From: an uncultured Actinomycetota bacterium
Lineage (GTDB): Bacteria; Actinomycetota; Actinomycetes; CAVWCF01
DNA length: 64,000 nucleotides
NCBI GenBank assembly: GCA_963753435.1
Contig: CAVWCF010000001.1
Span: 1,248,001-1,312,000, forward strand
Reading direction: 5' to 3'
The position numbers and the translations under genes are program-made. Shown here one piece after another: positions 56,346 to 64,000 of the stretch (within the stretch, counting starts at the first letter, position 1; every line of letters starts with the position of its first letter). Under the pieces are notes generated by a model, which had not been told where the DNA came from, made no database searches, and saw only the letters and a list, made by a program, of their open reading frames with translations.

Positions 56346-57215
56346 GTGCGGCGCGGACCCGCTGACGGAGACTGGGTCGCAAGCCCACTACGGGACAACT
56401 GGTACCAGTCCAGTTCCTATTGGGCCTCGACGTTCGGCCTCGTCACCACCGTGGACGAGGACGGCCAGACCAACGTTGCTCCGTACCAACTGTCGTTCCC
56501 GTTCGAAGTGATCGGCGGGCGCGCGGTGCTGTTGATATCGCGCCCGGACTCAAACACGGCGCGCAACCTGCGCCGTACCGGCGTGTGCGCCATCAACTAC
56601 GTGGAGGCCAAGCGCAAGGAGCTCAAGCGCATCGTCGCTCTCGGCTTCCCTGGTCAGACAACGGCGGAGAAGAGCCCAGACAACCCGTACTCACTGACCG
56701 GCAGCCCAACTCCCGGTCGGTCGCCCGACGGCCGGCGGTTCCCCCATCTGCTCCAAGAGGCGTTCCAGGTATACGAGTGCACGTGGGACACCGAACAGCC
56801 GCTGCACGCCGACCAACCGGCGCCGGCCTACTTCGTGCTGCGGCTGGACGGGATCCTGCTTCGGGAGCGGTGGGCCAAGAACCTGGAGGACGGGGGCCGG
56901 GCAATGCCCCGGCTGCCAATCACGTACGGGTTCCGCGGGGGCACCAGATTCTGGTTCGCCAAGGTGCGCAAGCCGTTCTGGATCGACACCCCCACCGATC
57001 GTGGGCCCAAAGAGGAGGCGATCCTCTACGAGGCCAACCGAATCGACCCGGACGTCCGGTTCACCCGGGAGGCGTGCCAGCAGTTGACGGGAGTGCCGCG
57101 ACCGTTTCTGAAGATGGCGCTGAAAGGCATCGTCAAGAAGGCCAAGGAACGTGGGCTGACCGAGGTCGACGTCGACTTCGTCCGCGAAGTCGACGAGCAG
57201 CGCCGGGCCGGCTGA
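56346..57215 (+). CDS. Flavin-reductase-like (split barrel) domain fused to a C-terminal PCP_red (BchB/ChlB C-terminal)-like three-helix domain
   Basis: LVTTVDE.G.TNVAPY, SNTA.NL..TG...INY and YEC. C-terminus FT.EA...L..VP.PFLK.AL..I...A.E.G..EV..D.V. Confidence 0.72.
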   Translation: MRRGPADGDWVASPLRDNWYQSSSYWASTFGLVTTVDEDGQTNVAPYQLSFPFEVIGGRAVLLISRPDSNTARNLRRTGVCAINYVEAKRKELKRIVALGFPGQTTAEKSPDNPYSLTGSPTPGRSPDGRRFPHLLQEAFQVYECTWDTEQPLHADQPAPAYFVLRLDGILLRERWAKNLEDGGRAMPRLPITYGFRGGTRFWFAKVRKPFWIDTPTDRGPKEEAILYEANRIDPDVRFTREACQQLTGVPRPFLKMALKGIVKKAKERGLTEVDVDFVREVDEQRRAG

Positions 57216-57226
57216 ACTAGAAGCCG

Positions 57227-58645
57227 TCAGCCGGCAGGTCGCCATCTCGATACGGCACAGGTTCCGGTGGCGCTGCGTCGGGCCTGTTGCAGTTCCACCT
57301 CGGCGCCGCTGGCGTCGGCGAGGCTGCGCACGATGGCCAGCCCGAGCCCGGATCCGGTCCGTTCGGACGTGCCGCGCCAGAAGCGGTCGAAGGCATGCGC
57401 CCGCTCCGCCGAGCTCAATCCGGCGCCGGCATCCTCGACCGATACCTCGATCCAGTCACCTGCTCGTTTCAAGCCGACGTGCAGTTCGCTGTCCGGAGGT
57501 GCCGCCTCAAGCGCGTTGTCGAGGTAGTTGTCGAGCACCTGGCCGACGCCATCGGACACCGACCACACCAGCCACGAGCCCGCAGCGTCGGCGGTGTCGG
57601 TGGTGATGGACACACCCCGCTCAGCCGCCAACGCCTCCCAATCGCTGACGCGCTGCCGAACCGCCACGGCCACGTCTACCTGCTCTCGCTCCTGATCACC
57701 GCGGTCGGCGCGGGCCAAGGCGAGGAGTCCTTCGACGAGTCGCTGCATGCGTTCGACGTCACCGGCCATCTGCTCCAGGGCTTGCGCCGACGCCTCCGGG
57801 TCGCGGTCAGCAAGTTCCTGGGCTGTCTCGATCCGCATGCGCAGAGCCGTCAGCGGACTACGCAGCTGATGGGAGGCGTCGCCGGCGAAGTTGCGCTGCG
57901 CGGCCACGACGGTCTCCACCCGTTGGGCCATCGTGTTGAAGGATTGAGCGACGTCGCCGAGTTCACCAATCGCCTGTGGATCAACTCGGGCACCAAGATC
58001 GCCACCGGCAATCGCCTCCGAGGTCTGCCGCAGGCGGCTGAGTGGCTCGGTCACAAGCCGCGCGATCAGAACCGCGATAAACGCTGCCGCCACCAGGGTG
58101 ATGAGGGCAACGACCAGCAGTCCGCGGACCCGTTCGTCGACGGCCTGGTCCACCTCCGCAGCCGGATAGGTGATGCGCACTGTTCCCAAGATGTCCGCGC
58201 CGGAGCGCACCGGAACGGCCACGTAGAGCAGGTCCTCACCGGCAGAGTCGGACGGCCGCTGGCCCGCAACCGCCTCCCCGCTGAGGGCAGCCGCTATCTC
58301 CGGGCGATTGGTGTAGTCCTGCCCCAGGTCGGTGCCATCGGAAGTGACCACCGCAATGCCGGCCGCGTCGGTGACCACCACGCGCGCACCGGTCGCCGTG
58401 GAGTACTCCGACACCACCGAGGTCACCTCGTTCAGCCCTGCGGGGTCGCCACCGCCCAGTACGTCCTCGGCCTGGCCGGCGATTGTGAACGCGTCTCGCT
58501 GCAACCCGGTGACGATCCGATCGCGTTCGACACCACGAAGATGCGACGCAAGCGGGATGTTCTGGACCAACAGCACCGTCGCGGTGAACGCGACCATCAC
58601 TGCCACCAGTACCCATCGAAACGATGCCCGGCGCCAACTGCTCAT
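57227..58645 (-). CDS. Two-component sensor histidine kinase (HAMP, HisKA, HATPase)
   Basis: Two TMs, HAMP domain, DASHQLRSPL, NYLDNA, D.GAG, FDRFWR and GSGLGL. Confidence 0.95.
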   Translation of the reverse strand: MSSWRRASFRWVLVAVMVAFTATVLLVQNIPLASHLRGVERDRIVTGLQRDAFTIAGQAEDVLGGGDPAGLNEVTSVVSEYSTATGARVVVTDAAGIAVVTSDGTDLGQDYTNRPEIAAALSGEAVAGQRPSDSAGEDLLYVAVPVRSGADILGTVRITYPAAEVDQAVDERVRGLLVVALITLVAAAFIAVLIARLVTEPLSRLRQTSEAIAGGDLGARVDPQAIGELGDVAQSFNTMAQRVETVVAAQRNFAGDASHQLRSPLTALRMRIETAQELADRDPEASAQALEQMAGDVERMQRLVEGLLALARADRGDQEREQVDVAVAVRQRVSDWEALAAERGVSITTDTADAAGSWLVWSVSDGVGQVLDNYLDNALEAAPPDSELHVGLKRAGDWIEVSVEDAGAGLSSAERAHAFDRFWRGTSERTGSGLGLAIVRSLADASGAEVELQQARRSATGTCAVSRWRPAG

Positions 58646-59328
58646 TGCGGCGTACCCAACCGAAAGCCGACGCCGCGAACCGCCTCGACCCAGCTCGGAT
58701 CTCCAAGCTTGCGCCGGATGGCTGCCACGTGTGCGTCGACTGTCTTCGTCGGCCCATACCAGTGGGCATCCCAAACGTGTTCCAGGATCTCGGTCCGGCG
58801 CCGCAGCGCACCAGGATCCTCGGCGAGGAAGGCGAGCACCCCGAACTCCTTCGGGGTCATGGCGACTTCGGCGCCGTCGAGGAAGACGCGTTGGGTGCGG
58901 CGGTCGATCGCCAATCGACCCAGCTCCTGTTGTGTCGACTGCTCCGCCAGCGGTGCCGACCCCGACCCTGCCCGCGCCCGTCGGGATACGGCTCGAACCC
59001 GGGCCACGAGTTCCCGCAACCCGAAGGGCTTCACCAGGTAGTCGTCCGCGCCCAGCTCCAGCGCCAACACTCGGTCGAACTCCTCAGACCTGGCGCTGAC
59101 CACCACGATCGGGACGTCCGAAGTCCGCCGGATCTCCCGAGCCACGTCTTGACCGTCAAGGTCGGGTAGGCCCAGATCGAGCAGGACGACATCCGGCGTT
59201 GCAGCTGCGACAGCTGCCAGCCCACTGCGACCGTCCCGAACGTGCTGGACCTCGAAACCGGCCGACTCCAGGCCGGCCACGGTTGACGCCGCAATCCCGG
59301 AGTCGTCCTCCACCAGCAGAACTCGCAC
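58642..59328 (-). CDS. OmpR family response regulator
   Basis: LLVEDD, LLDLGLP, GADDYLVKPF and TVDAHV..IRRKL..VRGVGFR. Confidence 0.95.
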   Translation of the reverse strand: MRVLLVEDDSGIAASTVAGLESAGFEVQHVRDGRSGLAAVAAATPDVVLLDLGLPDLDGQDVAREIRRTSDVPIVVVSARSEEFDRVLALELGADDYLVKPFGLRELVARVRAVSRRARAGSGSAPLAEQSTQQELGRLAIDRRTQRVFLDGAEVAMTPKEFGVLAFLAEDPGALRRRTEILEHVWDAHWYGPTKTVDAHVAAIRRKLGDPSWVEAVRGVGFRLGTPQ

Positions 59329-59501
59329 CCACACATGATGCCGGTGCCATGGGCCCATCCCTGGTCACGGCCGCGGGTTCCTGGGCCGAATCTTGGGAAT
59401 TCTTGGACGTTTCTTGGACAAGCGGCACCCAGAACCACGCCGATGCATCCATAGCGTCGGCACTGCCGATCGAAACACCCGATGGCAGAGGAGGAAGACC
59501 A

Positions 59502-59936
59502 ATGGATGCAAAGCTCGCAGTGGGCCTGTCCGTAGCGGGGATCTTGGTGGCAGCCGGTTCGGCTGCCGCGGTCAACGCCCGGGTCCTTGAGTCACAGGAC
59601 GACTCACCAATCGGAAGCGCCGAGGACTTCGTGGTGCAGACCGATTCACCGTCACCGCAGCCGACGCCGACACTGACCGAGGTCATCACGATCCCGCCCA
59701 GCCCGGCGCCGTCCGCGACACCCAGCACCGCAGCGAGCAGCCAGTCGACTCGTTCAGCGGCCCCAAGTTCTTCACCGAGCCCCAGCGCCAGCGCCTCCGA
59801 CGACGACCGCTACGACGACAACGGCGGCGACCGCGACGACTCCGACTCCGACGACGACAGCTATGACGACAACGGCGGCGACCGCGACGACTCCGATGAC
59901 GACAACTCCGGGTCCGGTTCCCGAGACGACGACTGA
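59502..59936 (+). CDS. Exported low-complexity protein with a Ser/Pro linker and an Asp-rich repeated tail
   Basis: GAGGAGG RBS, signal/TM segment ending SAAA-VN, and two copies of SDDDxYDDNGGDRDDSD. Confidence 0.75.
   Translation: MDAKLAVGLSVAGILVAAGSAAAVNARVLESQDDSPIGSAEDFVVQTDSPSPQPTPTLTEVITIPPSPAPSATPSTAASSQSTRSAAPSSSPSPSASASDDDRYDDNGGDRDDSDSDDDSYDDNGGDRDDSDDDNSGSGSRDDD
59796..59897 (+). repeat. 51-bp in-frame tandem repeat (2 copies)
   Basis: TCCGACGACGAC(C/A)GCTA(C/T)GACGACAACGGCGGCGACCGCGACGACTCCGA(C/T) at 59796-59846 and 59847-59897. Confidence 0.9.
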
Positions 59937-59947
59937 GAAGGACGGAA

Positions 59948-60310
59948 ATGGCACTCGGCAGGTTGAAGTTCCGGCGGCGACCGCACCCGGCGCGCGGCGC
60001 CCGGATCATCACCGGCGGGATGTCTGCGGCGGCAATGATCGCGCTGTCGGGTGCCATGACCAGCCAAGTGGTGGCGACCGCCACAGCGACACAGCCCGTA
60101 TCAGCGGAACTGGAGCCGGCGCCGACAGCGACTCCGGCCGCGCCGGAGCCGCAACACGTGGTCATTGTGCGCAAGTACGTGTACGCGCCGACGCCCTCAG
60201 CTCCGGCAGCCAAACCGTTGCCACAAGCCGTGACCGCACGGGCGGGCGCTCCTGCGCCCGCCAACCCGGCCCCGCCGGCGGACGCCACCTCGGGCGGTTC
60301 CGGTGGCTGA
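59948..60310 (+). CDS. Small membrane-anchored Pro/Ala-rich protein ending in DATSGGS; candidate ApbE flavinylation substrate
   Basis: Basic N-terminus with RRR, one hydrophobic helix, an unstructured linker, and a C-terminal D-x-x-S-G-x-S motif. The stop overlaps the apbE start. Confidence 0.7.
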   Translation: MALGRLKFRRRPHPARGARIITGGMSAAAMIALSGAMTSQVVATATATQPVSAELEPAPTATPAAPEPQHVVIVRKYVYAPTPSAPAAKPLPQAVTARAGAPAPANPAPPADATSGGSGG

Positions 60311-61249
60311 GACGGCACAGACGTCGGTGGTTCGCGCGACGTTCACGCAGGTCATGGGCGGCAGCGCGTCCGCCGTGGTCGTGGGACCGGACTCCGCAGT
60401 CGGTCCCGCGCCAGCGGAGTTGCTCGCCCGGGCCGAAGCCCGGCTGCGGGAACTGGAAAGCAAGTGGACGCGCTTCGATGCCCGCAGCGAGTTGTCCCAA
60501 CTGGCCAGCGCCAATGGTCTCCCGGTCGCGGTCTCAGCGGACACCCGCGCGCTCGTCGCCGCCATGGCCGACGCCTGGGCCATGACCGGGGGCCTCGTTG
60601 ATGCATCCGTCCTGCCCGCAGTCCTGAGCGCCGGGTACACCAGGAGCGCGCTGGACTCCCAAGTGGCCGCCAGCCAGCCGAAGTGGGCGTGGGTGGGGGC
60701 CGATTGGCGGCAGGTCGTGATCGACGAATCCGCCGGCACGGTGACGCTTCCCCCCGGTTTGGCGCCGGACCCCGGCGGTATCGGTAAGGGACTGGCCGCA
60801 GATCTGGTCGTGGCCGAATTGCTGCAGGCCGGCGCAGCGGGCGCGCTCATCGAGATCGGCGGCGATCTGCGCTGTGGCGGCCAGCCGCCTCGGGTAGACG
60901 GATGGTCAGTGGACGTGGACCACCCGCTGCACGACGGATCGTTGACGAACGTGACCATCCATGAAGGTGCCGTCGCCACCTCAAGCATCATGAAGCGGCG
61001 ATTCGTGAACGGATCCGGCAAGCCGAGCCATCACCTCATCGGCCGCGACGGCCAGCCCGCCAACCACGGTCTCGCTACGTGCACCGTGGTCATCGGCACC
61101 GGCGTGTTGGCCGAGACGCTGGCCAAGGTCCCGATGCTGGCCGGTGAGGAGTCCGGCCTAGCGCTGCTGGAGCAATACGAAGTGCCGGCGCTGGTGGTCC
61201 GGCTGGACGGGACTGTTGCCAAGACAACCGGTTGGGGGCGAGTAGGGCG

Positions 61250-61253
<4 letters not shown>
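60303..61253 (+). CDS. apbE: FAD:protein FMN transferase
   Basis: MG, W.RF...SELS, DPGGIGKG..AD, IGGDLR, VATSS and HHLI. No evident signal peptide. Confidence 0.92.

Positions 61254-64000
<2,747 letters not shown>

Noticed and set aside
59796-59897. CRISPR-like repeat
   Set aside because: Two adjacent in-frame coding copies with no spacers and no cas genes.

Overview
High-GC actinobacterial chromosomal window. The backbone is the conserved Actinomycetia gene order: dacB-ppa-NlpC/P60, then tRNA-Thr-holB-tmk-topA-hppA-anti-sigma/bldG-DUF1998 helicase-tad/ssd-HAD-Ms1 RNA candidate-Fic-like-acs-nhaA-marP-nth-crp-ArsA-like pair-whiB4-ponA2-tRNA-Pro, ending with asd-ask. Two accessory blocks interrupt it, each abutting a tRNA 3' end: about 3.6-16.5 kb (next to tRNA-Thr) and about 54.2-61.8 kb (next to tRNA-Pro). 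The most striking signal is a set of proteins that, by manual motif comparison, resemble chlorophyll/tetrapyrrole-modifying enzymes, although the window has no photosynthesis genes. These are a full-length BciA/DVR (8-vinyl reductase)-like protein, a NOL/NYC1 (chlorophyll b reductase)-like SDR, and a two-gene operon divergent from a MarR gene. That operon encodes an SDR fused to a red-chlorophyll-catabolite-reductase-like domain and a flavin-reductase-fold protein fused to a BchB C-terminal (PCP_red)-like domain. Also present: an ApbE/MsrQ-like flavinylation module with a minimal candidate substrate, an RsiG-like protein, a probable CTG start codon, an unannotated 35-aa membrane peptide, and three single-base +1 frameshifts that may be sequencing errors. 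All family calls come from motif recognition and memory; no database searches were run. No CRISPR array, integrase or transposase was seen.
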